From Tubiluchus corallicola (lineage: Eukaryota > Animalia > Priapulida), in contig JAQGDQ010001025.1 of assembly GCA_030141605.1 (NCBI GenBank), positions 5,275 to 69,274 on the forward strand: a stretch of DNA of 64,000 bases, written 5' to 3'. Positions 14,303-36,424 of this stretch are shown piece by piece. The position numbers were made by a program, and so were the translations under genes. How positions within the stretch are numbered: position 1 is the first letter of the stretch; each line of letters starts with the position of its first letter. The notes beneath the pieces were generated by a model. The model worked only from the letters and a program-made list of their open reading frames with translations, did not search any database and was not told where the DNA came from.

Positions 14303-15222
14303 AAGCAATTTGGATTACTTTGTTTACGCTATTCATGTTTGCGTAAAATTAGTTTAAATACCCACATAAACTATTGTACACTTTATTTTACAACATTAAA
14401 AAATGAATTTAAATGATCTTAAATTCTTTATGTAAATTAAATTCACTAATAATCTCAACTGAATGCTACCGCCACTACTAAATACTATATAAATTAAATA
14501 CTAATGAGCAATTCACTGTGAATCCGGTTATTACAATGCCTCATTTATATACATACAGATAATTTGCGTCACGCTGTACAAATTCTACAGTAAGCATAGC
14601 AGCCCAAAAGTATGTTATGGAGGTAAGGTACACCTTTTGTATATCTTTAGACTTTAATATTATGCAATAATGAAAGCTAATCCTAAAGAATTTTAAGATA
14701 CTTTTCTTTCAACTCTTTTTTCATGACTAAACATACATGTTTATCCGCTTTTGCTAGCTACAAGCGGAAAATTAATTTTTTTTAATCCTTTGCTCTAGGT
14801 CCCCTAACATTAATTTTAAATAAGTAATGGTTAAATTATTATTTAAAGATAGTCACGTGTGTCTCTTCTTTCCCATTATTGAACATTATTTTATTATAAA
14901 CTAACACATTCGTATAATAATTCAATTTTCGTTCGTCTTAAATGCAAAATCTGATAATTTTTAATTACCTGGTACATGCGCATTAACTAATTAATTATAT
15001 TAGTAACAATCCTGAGAGGGTGGCTGACCTCGATAACTTACAGTTCTTTCGCCACCCTTTCACCACTAATCAATAATTACTTTTGCACTTTCTAATATTA
15101 TTGCATATTGTACAGATTTATAAATCTCTTAGTTATGTATTTTGCTATTTTAAAAATGGTGATAAACTAATAAACTTACTTACTTACTTACTTAGTACTG
15201 TAAAGTTTTATATTAATCAAAG

Positions 15223-25714
<10,492 letters not shown>

Positions 25715-26029
25715 GTTACCCGGTCACTTAGTACTGTCACGATCGAGTATAACGTAGTAATGAGTTTTGTCAGAAGTGGTTATCACATTATAATTGCAAA
25801 TGATAAATAATAATTTGTTTTGAAACTGAATTAGCATAAATAATGTAATCTATGTAGACCATATTACATATAACAGTGATATACAAGCCCGTCTTGACAA
25901 TGAATGTTTGTCGTCTATGTTAATGGTCCAGTAGTTTGCTAAAGTATTCAATAACTGCCAAACTGTAGGTTTTTCCGGTTGAAATTTAACTAATTAGTGA
26001 ACGTTAAACGTTTGGCACTGATACAAATA

Positions 26030-26610
26030 CAGGGTGTCCATAAAGTCTGGGTACATAGCAAAACAATTTTATTCAATTTGGATGTTGATAAATAATATTT
26101 TCAACACGATTTCCATCATTTTCAATGCATAATTTGATGCGTTTTACAAAATTCATGTGAACTCGATGGAATAGATCCGCATTGCCGTCGATTTCAGCAC
26201 ACTGACTGGTAATGCGTTCTCTTAATTTTGTGAATTGTCGACCTTGGAATACCCAACTCTGCGGATGTCCGACGAAGTGATTTCCTTGGGCTAGCATAAA
26301 CCTTGGCCAAGACAGCCTCTCTCGTTCGTCTAAAGTCTTGAGGCGTCCAGAACGAGGTTTGTCCAAGACACTGCCTGTTTCTTTAAACTTCTTGACCAAT
26401 TTCCCGACGGCAGTAAAACAAATACGTTGACGATTAGGGTGTCGAAGGTTAAATTCTTCCGCAATTTTACGATAAGACCATCCTTCTCGTCCACTTAAGA
26501 GTACCAAATCGATTCTTCCTTCCTTAGACAAAGCCATTTTCTTTCTGAGGAGAAAAAATAAAAACAAATAAATACATAGTAAAATCCCCCATGTACCCAG
26601 ACTTATAGAC
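26030..26610 (-). mobile_element. Internally deleted Tc1/mariner-superfamily element
   Basis: TA|CAGGGTGTCCATAAAGTCTGGGTACAT end with partial inverted copy at 26591-26610; ORF has HTH, KFKETGSVLDKPRSGR and a C-terminal RIKLCIENDG..VE motif. Confidence 0.85.
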
Positions 26611-27129
26611 TGTTTGTGCAGCTGCGTTGAAAAAGCATTATTAAAGTTACAGATTTTTTAAAATAGTCTGTCTAGATTATATTCACAATAACTGTATAAC
26701 CAAACAAATTATGTACTTCGCTTAGATTGGTTCATGGTCACACCCTGCTTTAATTTGCTGCCATTAATGCTGCACAAAAAGATCTTCAAGAATTAATATG
26801 GGTCAACGTTCCGTAGGCCATTACAGGCGTAGTTTATCATTGTCACTTTTTTTTCAATTAGCAGCCAGAAGGAAGTTTTTAACTATTGTTGTACTACACA
26901 TGATACTGTAACGCGGCTAGGGGTTCACGTAACAGAAAGGTGTGCAGATGATGGTACTTTGCACCAATGGCTTGGGTTCGTCTGCCTGTTAAGCCTAAGG
27001 CACACTTCAGCACAAATTAGTTCTTGAAGTTTATAGCAGGAAAACTGACATTGGAGAAATGTTGGCTTTGATAGACAATTTTGATTTATTTATTTAATTG
27101 CTTTATCATGGTTCAGGGCTTATAATTAG

Positions 27130-27478
27130 CAGCTCTTGAGATAACAGAGCTTGTTAGCAACTCTTGTGTTAGCAGTGTTTGTTAGCAACTTTTGTGTTAA
27201 CAGAGTTTGTTAGCAACTCTTGTGTTAACAGAGTTTGTTAGCAACTCTTGTGTTAGCAGTTTGTTAGCAACTCTTGTGTTAACAGAGTTTGTTAGCAACT
27301 CTTGTGTTAACAGAGTTTGTTAGCAACTCTTGTGTTAGCAACTCTTGTGTTAACAGAGTTTGTTAGCAACTCTTGTGTTAACAGAGTTTGTTAGCAACTC
27401 TTGTGTTAGCAGAGTTTGTTAGCAACTCTTGTGGTAGCAGAGTTTGTTATCAGGCCTTGTGGTAGCAGACCTTATCAG
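27130..27478. repeat. 28-bp tandem repeat, ~11 copies
   Basis: Unit TTGTTAGCAACTCTTGTGTTAACAGAGT. Confidence 0.9.
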
Positions 27479-28132
27479 CAGCGAATGTCTCTTCCTCTGG
27501 ATCTGTCGTCCTTAAATACTACTCTGGACAGATGACATGAGCCACCTACACACTGCTGTCTGGTTACTGTCTTGTTAACACGGGCGGATCACGTGCATAG
27601 ACCTTAATAGGCAGTATACTGAATCATGCGCTCAGCTCTGCAGGCTCTTGATTGGTTGTTGGCGTAGTTGTTTTCACATTCGGGTCCTTGTCATGAAAAC
27701 TTCCTTTGATGCACGTGTGTTTATATCGCTGGTAAAGCGTAGTGTAATTATTGTCATCAGTTAGTTTAATTTAATGTTTTTATTATAGGCACCGCATACC
27801 TGTGCCACAATACAATTTTCACTAGGTTAATAGTAACAGTGACCTAACCTGAACCACATTTTAACTTACATTTTCTCTTAGCGTCTTTTCTTAAGTCCGT
27901 AAACATAACTTTTGTTTTAGAAGTCGCGGTTTTGCGCATTTAGATGTCTGAGATGTTTGCTCTAACAAGACGTAATCAGAAAGCATTGCTGTTTTATGTA
28001 TTGTTGTTAATAATTGCTGCTTACGTTCTTCTCTACAAACCTGCTTATTATCGAAATCAAGGAACAGTAATGAAGTTTCTGTGAAAAGGCATCAGACATT
28101 TTCTGATTATGGGCCATACAGTAAAGAGAACC

Positions 28133-28555
28133 TGTTAAATTATACTAAGAGCAGTAGATTATGATAAATAATTATGTTGATAAGATGGTCGCATAATGAA
28201 GCCAGTGAAGAAGTGGTACCACGTGATGACGTGGGCAGAGAATTAAGCCAGTTGTCAGGCTGCGCACGCATATAAGAGGCAGACAGCCCCAGCCCGGCAG
28301 GAGAGTTGAGTCTGACATTGGACCTGGAAGCTGGAGCGTCTCACTCGCTAGATCAGGTGCCTTGGCATTGCTATATATACTATACTTATTGTGTCGATAT
28401 TTAATAAACGTGTTATTTTATAAATAAAGTCTTAATAGCTCTGCCATTCCTCAAACATCTATAAACAGCTACACACGGTTCACACAACATACTATCCACT
28501 ATACAAACAGAATGAACTTTACTGGTTCCGTGACCAGGATTCGAACCTGGGTTAC
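28133..28555 (+). mobile_element. Single LTR followed by a 33-nt tRNA-His-complementary tract
   Basis: Starts TGT; has TATAA (28270) and AATAAA signals; ends in TGGTTCCGTGACCAGGATTCGAACCTGGGTTAC (28523-28555); removing it rejoins the GT31 frame (..SKEN-H-DKEETLLFVG). Confidence 0.75.
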
Positions 28556-28694
28556 GATAAAGAAGAAACTTTGTTATTTGTAGGCATTATGCGTGCGCCT
28601 GTTTACGTAGATAGACGTGATGCAGTGCGCTCCACCTGGATGAAGTGGTGTAAAGGCTTTGACGATGTCGTATGTGTTTTTATCGTTCCTGTGC

Positions 28695-29328
28695 TTGACA
28701 CCTGTGGAAATAGAGAGAACGATACAGTTTTAAATCCTTTAGTTGAAGAATCAAAACTAAATGATGACATCATTCTGGCAGAGACACCCAGTGGAATAAA
28801 TTTTGCCAAACGTATCACTTGGATGATGGACTGGGCTTCACAACGATATGATTTGACACCTGTGGAAATAGAGAGAACGATACAGTTTTAAATCCTTTAG
28901 TTGAAGAATCAAAACTAAATGATGACATCATTCTGGCAGAGACACCCAGTGGAATAAATTTTGCCAAAGGTATCACTTGGATAATGGACTGGGCTTCACA
29001 ACGATATGATTTGACACCTGTGGAAATAGAGAGAACGATACAGTTTTAAATCCTTTAGTTGAAGAATCAAAACTAAATGATGACATCATTCTGGCAGAGA
29101 CACCCAGTGGAATAAATTTTGCCAAAGGTATCACTTGGATAATGGACTGGGCTTCACAACGATATGATTTGACACCTGTGGAAATAGAGAGACCGATACA
29201 GTTTTAAATCCTTTAGTTGAAGAATCAAAACTAAATGATGACATCATTCTGGCAGAGACACCCAGTGGAATAAATTTTGCCAAAGGTATCACTTGGATGA
29301 TGGACTGGGCTTCACAACGATATGATTT
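28695..29328 (+). repeat. 4 x 158-bp near-identical tandem duplication inside the GT31 exon
   Basis: TTGACACCTGTGG at 28695, 28853, 29011 and 29169. Confidence 0.95.
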
Positions 29329-29518
29329 TAAATATTTTCTACGAATAGACGATGATGCATTTTTGTGCGTACAGAAGCTAAGAGCGGAACTCGCAGTGTT
29401 GCCTTATGCAAAAGTAAACTGGGGTTTTCGAAGATGCGAAAAAGCTATAGGTAAGTAAACACGATAGCTTTTGCAGTCTACAATTCCGAATACGATGCCT
29501 AGTTCATTACCAAGTTAA

Positions 29519-29987
29519 CCGTTTCAGTCACAAATTATTTTTTTAATAAAAAAGAATTTTTTGATTTGGTACTTTTGTTCAGTATGTCCATCTTGTTTAC
29601 ACATAATAATTATTTTTTGTACCTGTGTCCGCGTGCTAAATATAGCCTGTATCCCACGAGATACATTGGGATTCAATGGAAGCATAAAATGTGCTTTATT
29701 TTGCAACTGCTGATAATTTAGTATCATCATGAAGTATTTAAGACATTTAGTATGCATGCTATACTGATCTGTACAAAGTCGTCTCTAAAGTACTGTACCT
29801 TGCGCAGTTTTTTATGCTATGTAGATTTTCTAGTTTGTCATTTTATCACCATTTTAGTCTATTGTTATTGGCTTAAATCAAAATAACTATTAACAGATCA
29901 AATAACCGTCAGTTTTAAAATTTTATTATTAATTTTAAAGGCAGAAAATATTCTCGTATCCCACGGGATACAACCGGTATGAAAGGG
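29519..29987 (-). mobile_element. piggyBac-type MITE (copy 2, inverted)
   Basis: TTAA at 29515 and 29988; reverse complement of 24286-24734. Confidence 0.85.
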
Positions 29988-31411
29988 TTAAGTAAAAATG
30001 TTCTTCCTAAGATCTAATTAGATGAACTTCTATTGTGTTCTTCTTTGAGCCTAGTTCATTATCAAGTTAAGCTAAACTTTATGTCAAACTTGACAGCAAA
30101 GACTGATCATTGAAAAAGACAAAAAACAAATGCGTAAACGACTAATCATTTCGTGAATGAGAACAAATGCATCCTGATTTTTATCCTAATTGTTACAGAT
30201 TTAAAAAATATTTTATTTATTTGCATTGCACTTAACCTTGTGACTTTTTCAGTCGCTGTCTTATTTATGTTTTGCCAAGACTAGGTTTTCTTGTTCATAA
30301 AAATAAGGCTAACTCAATTGAACGCTTCAGGCATTATTGTAATCATGAAGCATTATGTCCTCAACATTATGACAACATATTCAGACAATACGAAGTTAAT
30401 CAACTTCCATACTGTTGACAGTGTCACACTGATAACATGTCTGATTTTCGTTTCTAGGTAGAAGACGGATGGATGAATATTTTTTGCTGTTTTCTGGAGA
30501 CATTGTTCAATTATTGCTACACAAGTTGCACCAAGGAACACTTCTGTGCGATGCACGTGGTGGCATAGCAGCAAGAATGTGGTTGTATCACATGGAAAAT
30601 GTTACCTATTTAGACGACAATGAGAGCATTCTTATGACTTACTACAGTCATCTGAGGTACCGAGGTCCTGCCATGTGCGACAAAATCATAGTGGTGCACC
30701 ACGTGTATCCACCAGAACCAATGAGACTTTGGGACTTGGTAAAAGATTCACCACTTCGCACTAACAACACTAACAGCTTTTTTCAAAGTTGCCCACTAGG
30801 AGATGGAAAACCTGACTACGATTCTTTTATACTGTCACAATGAAACCCATAAAATACGAGCTTTTTACCCGGGATATCAAGCAAGGTTTTTCAAAAAACT
30901 TGCTAATAGCTCAGAAACATTGTAACATTGTCAGGCAATAATACTTGACCATCACCATGGATAATTTTACTTTGCATATTTTACCATATTTAACAGTTTT
31001 GCATCGTACAGTTGAAGGCTCACTCTATGACAATCATTGTTGGTTGGTAAAAAACAATTTTCTGTCTTGCATTCTTAGACTGTTATCGTATCAGTTATTC
31101 ATGTTAATCAGAACCTATTTTTTGCCTTGTGACTTTCAGTCAGCAAAAATGGTCGATGGAAACTGTGACAACTCTTTGGTTATAGGTAAGTTCTCGCTGC
31201 TCTCACCTTTTGTGGTGCTCTACCTTGCAAACCACACAAAACTTTTTCAGTTCTGACTTACAATAATCGAGATTTGAAAGTAGAGCTATCTGTTTCTAAG
31301 CTGTTTTGATTGACGATTATCGCTTTTTAACACTTTTTACACCTATAAGACCTAAAATCGCACAAGAAGTTTTACAGGGCAACCAAATTATTATAAAATT
31401 TTAATAATACA

Positions 31412-31920
31412 CTAGCAAAGGCCCCGCAAAAAAAGTTGCGTATAAATACCCTTATAATCAATAATGCGTGAACATCCTACATAGTCCTCATTTATAAAGC
31501 AAAGCCACTAGCAGCTTTTACTGAATTAGAGTTATAAGGTTATAAGCAGAGTATATTTGATGACGTCAGAACAATGACTTTGCGTCAGCAGTCTTCCAAG
31601 CGAAAATTGTCAAAAATGCAACATCCAATTAACTCTTCGTCACTCCCCAGGAAGGAAGCGTCCTAAAATGCAGCCCATATCAACGTCTAGTCCTGTTTAT
31701 CCTCTTTCAAAAGAGTTGTATATCTTCTTCCGAGAGTTCCACCAGGCACCGCTTCCAAAATTTCGAAAAAATCGGGAGTTGGGTCCGGGAAAACGCCCGT
31801 TGCGTTGTGCCATCACCCTCCTGAAATAAGAGGTATAAGTTTTGCAAAAAACGGCCATTTTTGGAGGTTTTTTGCCACCCGTTTGCCCCGGTGGGCCCGA
31901 TTCGAAAAATAAACCCCAAT
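31412..31920 (-). mobile_element. Possible Helitron-like fragment (3' end)
   Basis: On minus: hairpin CGCAA-cttttt-TTGCG ~10 nt before CTAG|T at 31412; extent uncertain. Confidence 0.35.
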
Positions 31921-31925
31921 GAGAC

Positions 31926-33388
31926 TGTTATGAATAAATTTCGGAATCATGAATTAAGTGATTAATTAATGGAGCTATCAACTTCATTAGATTATGTTGA
32001 TAAAGAGACCTCCTAATTGGATTAGATAAATTTATTAAAAGAATATGGGAACTCACTTAGCTGATAAAGCATATATTTAATGCGAGGCAAGAGATTATCG
32101 TCACAAGAGTTTGTGTTTACAAGGAATAGAACAGGTGTTCATTTAGAGAGTAAAAGTTTGTCACAGGTGTTTGAGTTTAGGAGAAGCGAAGCTGATTTTT
32201 ATAACATTGCGTGGTTAGATAATAAAACTCATGTTATATTATGCGGAGTTGCTGAACTAATTGTGAAGAAGCAGAAAGTGGTTCTTTTCTTGAACAGAGT
32301 TTATTGCCCAAGCGAAGCAAAGAGAAAAGGATGGAGAGTCAGACAGCGGTTTTCTCATGCAAGGAGCTGTGTTAGAAAAACACCTGGGTGGTTATAAAAC
32401 TTACAAGCCCAGGGTGACCTTTGAACTATTGCGGCAATACGGCGTTACCGCTAAAGCGGACGCGGTTGCGAGAGATTGCAGCGTTAGCACGCAATGTGAT
32501 GAAATCTCCGCGTGGATATATAAGACGATTGTCTTGAGGAACGGGGAGGCTGCGAGTGAGTTGGAACTGAGTGGTTGTGGGTTAACCACGTGCCGAGAGA
32601 GAGGCTGAGGAAGCAAGAGACGTAAGACGTGGACATCGAATCTGCGTACTCAACTGTTGCGCACTGGATCTACGATAGTCTTGCAACGGATTTGGAATTG
32701 ACCAATTGAACAGTCGTCATTGGTCATTCCACCAAGTTAAGTTATCTTAACATATCGTAACTTGAGAGCAACTCTGCATAGTAAATTCACAGTGTAATAG
32801 ACACCTTAAGTGTAACGTGTAGTTGACTGTAATTGTATACTTCACATTGTAATCAGCAACTTAAGTGCGAAGCAAGGAAATAGTTAAGTGAAGCTGATTA
32901 GTGTCTCTTGGAGCTAATTATTAATTGTGAGCGTCTTTGGCGATTAAGATCAAACATTGTAATATTAGTTGACTAAGAGTAATTGTTGTAAACAATAAAC
33001 GGATTTCGCTTTAACTTAAATGAATAGTTTGAGTATGCTTATAGGTGTTTCAGTTAAGCAACATTAAATCCTGTAAACGAATCTGAAGATTTGCTGTGTA
33101 CATTAAGTAATTTACGAGTTCAATTGCGGGAACTTTTGCTAGTAAGCTTTAGAGATTAAGACTCTTATCACAACGCGGAGTCATAGAAACAGTCTTGTGG
33201 GAAGATATCATAGGTCTATAGACTTTATCTTAAGCTCTAGGAGCCAGGTTGTGAATAACCTTATAGCAATTAGTGTAATAGAGGCAAATCACTCTTTAAA
33301 TGAGTCGTGTGTCTTAGGTCACGTGTTATACGATCACGAGCGAGAGATAAGAATCAATATTAATTAGAGAGATTAATATAACATGATA
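31926..33388 (+). mobile_element. Long LTR (~1.46 kb) followed by PBS-like motifs; no internal ORFs
   Basis: Starts TGTTATGAATAAATTT; both ends align with the reverse complement of 55175-56579; TGG-initiated tracts follow at 33391, 33430 and 33508. Confidence 0.7.
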
Positions 33389-33990
33389 ATTGGTACTAGT
33401 GACCATAGTATTAAAGACACCACCATAACTGGTGAGCCGTGACCAAGATAAACACCATAAGACCACACAGATCGAGACCTTTCGTTTGATATATAGATCG
33501 CCGCAAATGGCGCCGTCGTCGAAACTGTAGCCTCGAATCTTATATATTAAGCCCATACCAGAAACAAGGCATAGAAACCAACAGGGCATTGTGCAAAAGA
33601 GACGGCAACCGAGCACACTCAAAGGTGTCAAAATGAATTTACTTCTCACTTCTGCAGTTTCTTTTTTCATTCTCTTTCTTCTTCTATACTTACACTTCAC
33701 GTTACATTAAATGATACGTTTGAAAACAATTACATATCGTATATACTAGAGCTATATTCTAATATGAAATGCTCTAACCCTTTTTAAACTTGAAAACAGC
33801 ACATTCATTTTCAATATTGTCAGGCAGATGATTCCTAAAATTTAACAAAATGCTGAGCAACATTCCTGAGTACGAACATAACCTAAATAAGGATATTTGT
33901 AACATGTATTGTAATGCTTCACATTCGATTTATCAGATTCAGAAGAAAGCCATTCAGTTCAATCTGTTCCTGTCGTTTCACTCAAGGTTA

Positions 33991-34148
33991 CAGGTTGTGC
34001 AAGATTTACAAGGGGATTCACATTAAAGTTTACGTTGATAGAATCATGGTAGGTTCTCAATTAATTGAGCAATAGCTTGATGCAGCAAATTGTTCTGTAT
34101 AACTACTCTTGTTTTTGCACCCCTAGCAAAAGATCTTGTTACACCCTG
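33991..34148. mobile_element. Short Tc1/mariner-type MITE
   Basis: TA|CAGGTTGTGCAAGAT ... ATCTTGTTACACCCTG|TA. Confidence 0.5.
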
Positions 34149-36424
34149 TATATACTTACAAAGCGTTCAGACTAGGAAGTTTTCTGTCTTACAGCAAACC
34201 CTCAAGTGTGAACTGCCTTGCGAGTTACTGTCGACAAGAAATTGCAAATTCTCTGATTATTCTTACAAACACGGGGAAGTAGGAAACCTCTTTAAAGGCA
34301 GAAACTTTTCGTTTAATCAAAAGCAAAAAAAAACAAAAAAAAAACAATGAATATCAGAAAAAACGCATCTAGTGGTAGGCTACAAAACTATTTTTTAAAG
34401 AAATATAATGATAACAGGAAAGAACAAGTTAAGATTTTACAGAAACACAACATACAAATACCATATGTGCCACACTTTCGGACTATAATAAACAACACAG
34501 AGGTAAAACATAACAAAAAAAAATTGCATAAACGATCATGACCTACAAATTGAAAAAGGCAGAATATATATATCAACAAGAAAATTAAAGACGCTGTTCC
34601 TTCTCTATTAGAAATACAAAACGTGCAAAACCCGATAGAGGATGAACAACACTTCGTATCTGAATGCCCTTGCTACATATAAAGAAATCAGACAATATGA
34701 AAATCGTTTTATAATTTTAGTTTTTTTGCAGTTCAGTCTTTTCCATACTTTTTAACTCCAATAATAAGTCTTAATTTAACTATTTTGGTGTCTTTATCTG
34801 TGAGTGCATCATGCCCCATAGGCCATACCAAACAATAACGAGGAATGCTGGCGGGACATAATATTATTTTGTATAATGTAAATAATAGATTTTTCATGTT
34901 ATCAAGCCTAGTTAATTAGTAATTAAACTTTTTTGTATGTATACATAGCTTTTTCGTGTAATACGTGTAGTTATAGTTAAGTCACAGCCAATTTTGCCAC
35001 TGTGTGTACTTTTCACTTATTTGAGCAAATAAAACTGAATTGAAATCGAATTGAATTGATACTTACTGAATACACTTGGGAGTTTCTTGGCGAGAAAACT
35101 TCCTAATCTGAACGCATTGTTAATCTCCAAGAACTATCAGTAACGCTTTTTGTTGGCGTAGCACCGAATATATAAGTCTGGCGCCATCTCTCGGCTGATA
35201 AAATATGTGCCGGCCAAAAATCTCAACATTGAAACTTTGGAGTCGCCGCGGCAGAGATAGACGTATAGCACGATGCGTTCATGCGCTTGCAGAATTCGCA
35301 CTTAATATGCGGAATACGGATAATGAATTATTGGGGATATGTGGATGCGGATCTTTAATGCGTAAATCGCGCATTTTACGCGAAACTGCAGCATGAAAAA
35401 GCCACTTGTGTAAGGTAAATTTTCAAGTGTTTGCACAAAAAGTTTGCCCAATTGCAGTTCGTTAAGCATTCCCTTGCTTGGACATTAAAAGACTTGTTGC
35501 CCCATTAACTGCCTTTAATCACTAGTTTAATTTAAGATGTTCATATCACTTCTTGCTTTTTTATTTTACCTGAAAATTCCTAGACTCAAACAGTGCTTAT
35601 AATTATAAGTAATTATTGTAATTTTTACTCGAGCCTATTATGGTTTGTGGTGTGATGGGCATGATATGGTTGAGTGATGTACTATGTACATCGTGCGGTG
35701 TGAGTTGTCGTTGACGGCTTACAAGCACAATTGGGGTCTGGCTAGCAATTTATTATTGACTCGCGATTATAACTGCTACCTTCATACAAAACTGTTATAG
35801 GGCACACATGGCAAGCTTAGTTGTTGCCTATATATTTGCGTAATGCGATGCGAGAATAGTCAAATAACACTCAATTTGCGGATTATTTACAGTTTCGGAT
35901 TTTGCGTTTGCGGATAAACAAGAAAGTGATACCTGCCTTTTCTGGCCGCGGCTCCAGCGCATGTGCTCGTCCAGCACTGAGCATACACAGATAAGTTGAT
36001 GGTTGGAACTAAGTTTTTTATTAAAGCTCTTTAAATCTTGATTCCTGAAGAAAAGTGTTATAAACTCGCGAAATAGCTTTAAAAGAAAAATGAAATTTTC
36101 TTTCAAAAGCATTGATAATTTTGTGTGCTCGCACTATGAGAAGTTGATAGAAGACGCTAGACCTATACATTATGGAACGGCCGGCTTTGGGGGCAAGTAA
36201 GTGACTATGTGTTCTCCTTGTATTATCTGAAAAATTATACCAGGCATTATATATATATATATAGCCCAATTACAATATTGAGGTTCTCTATAATATATTC
36301 AAAAATAAAATATTGCGGTTTATAGGTGCATTAAACTGTCACAGGTTGCCATTGATTTTTTTCTTTGGGATGAAACACCGTTGTATCCCATAAAATGGCA
36401 TAAATGTAATTATGCATTACTTTT

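Larger units (their letters stand above)
27944..30843 (+). pseudogene. Beta-1,3-galactosyltransferase-like (GT31) pseudogene, 2 coding exons
   Basis: Type II anchor MFALTRRNQKALLFYVLLLIIAAYVLLY; LFVGIM..RRDAVRSTW, EESK..DDII and YFLRIDDD motifs; phase-1 intron 29451-30457. Disrupted by a frameshift near 28070, an LTR insertion and a 4x158-bp duplication. Confidence 0.85.

Noticed and set aside
28523-28555. tRNA-His gene on the minus strand
   Set aside because: Only the 3' 33 nt are present and they include CCA, indicating a reverse-transcribed mature tRNA.
32080-32616. Short ORFs within the long LTR
   Set aside because: No gag, pol or env similarity recognised; likely chance ORFs.
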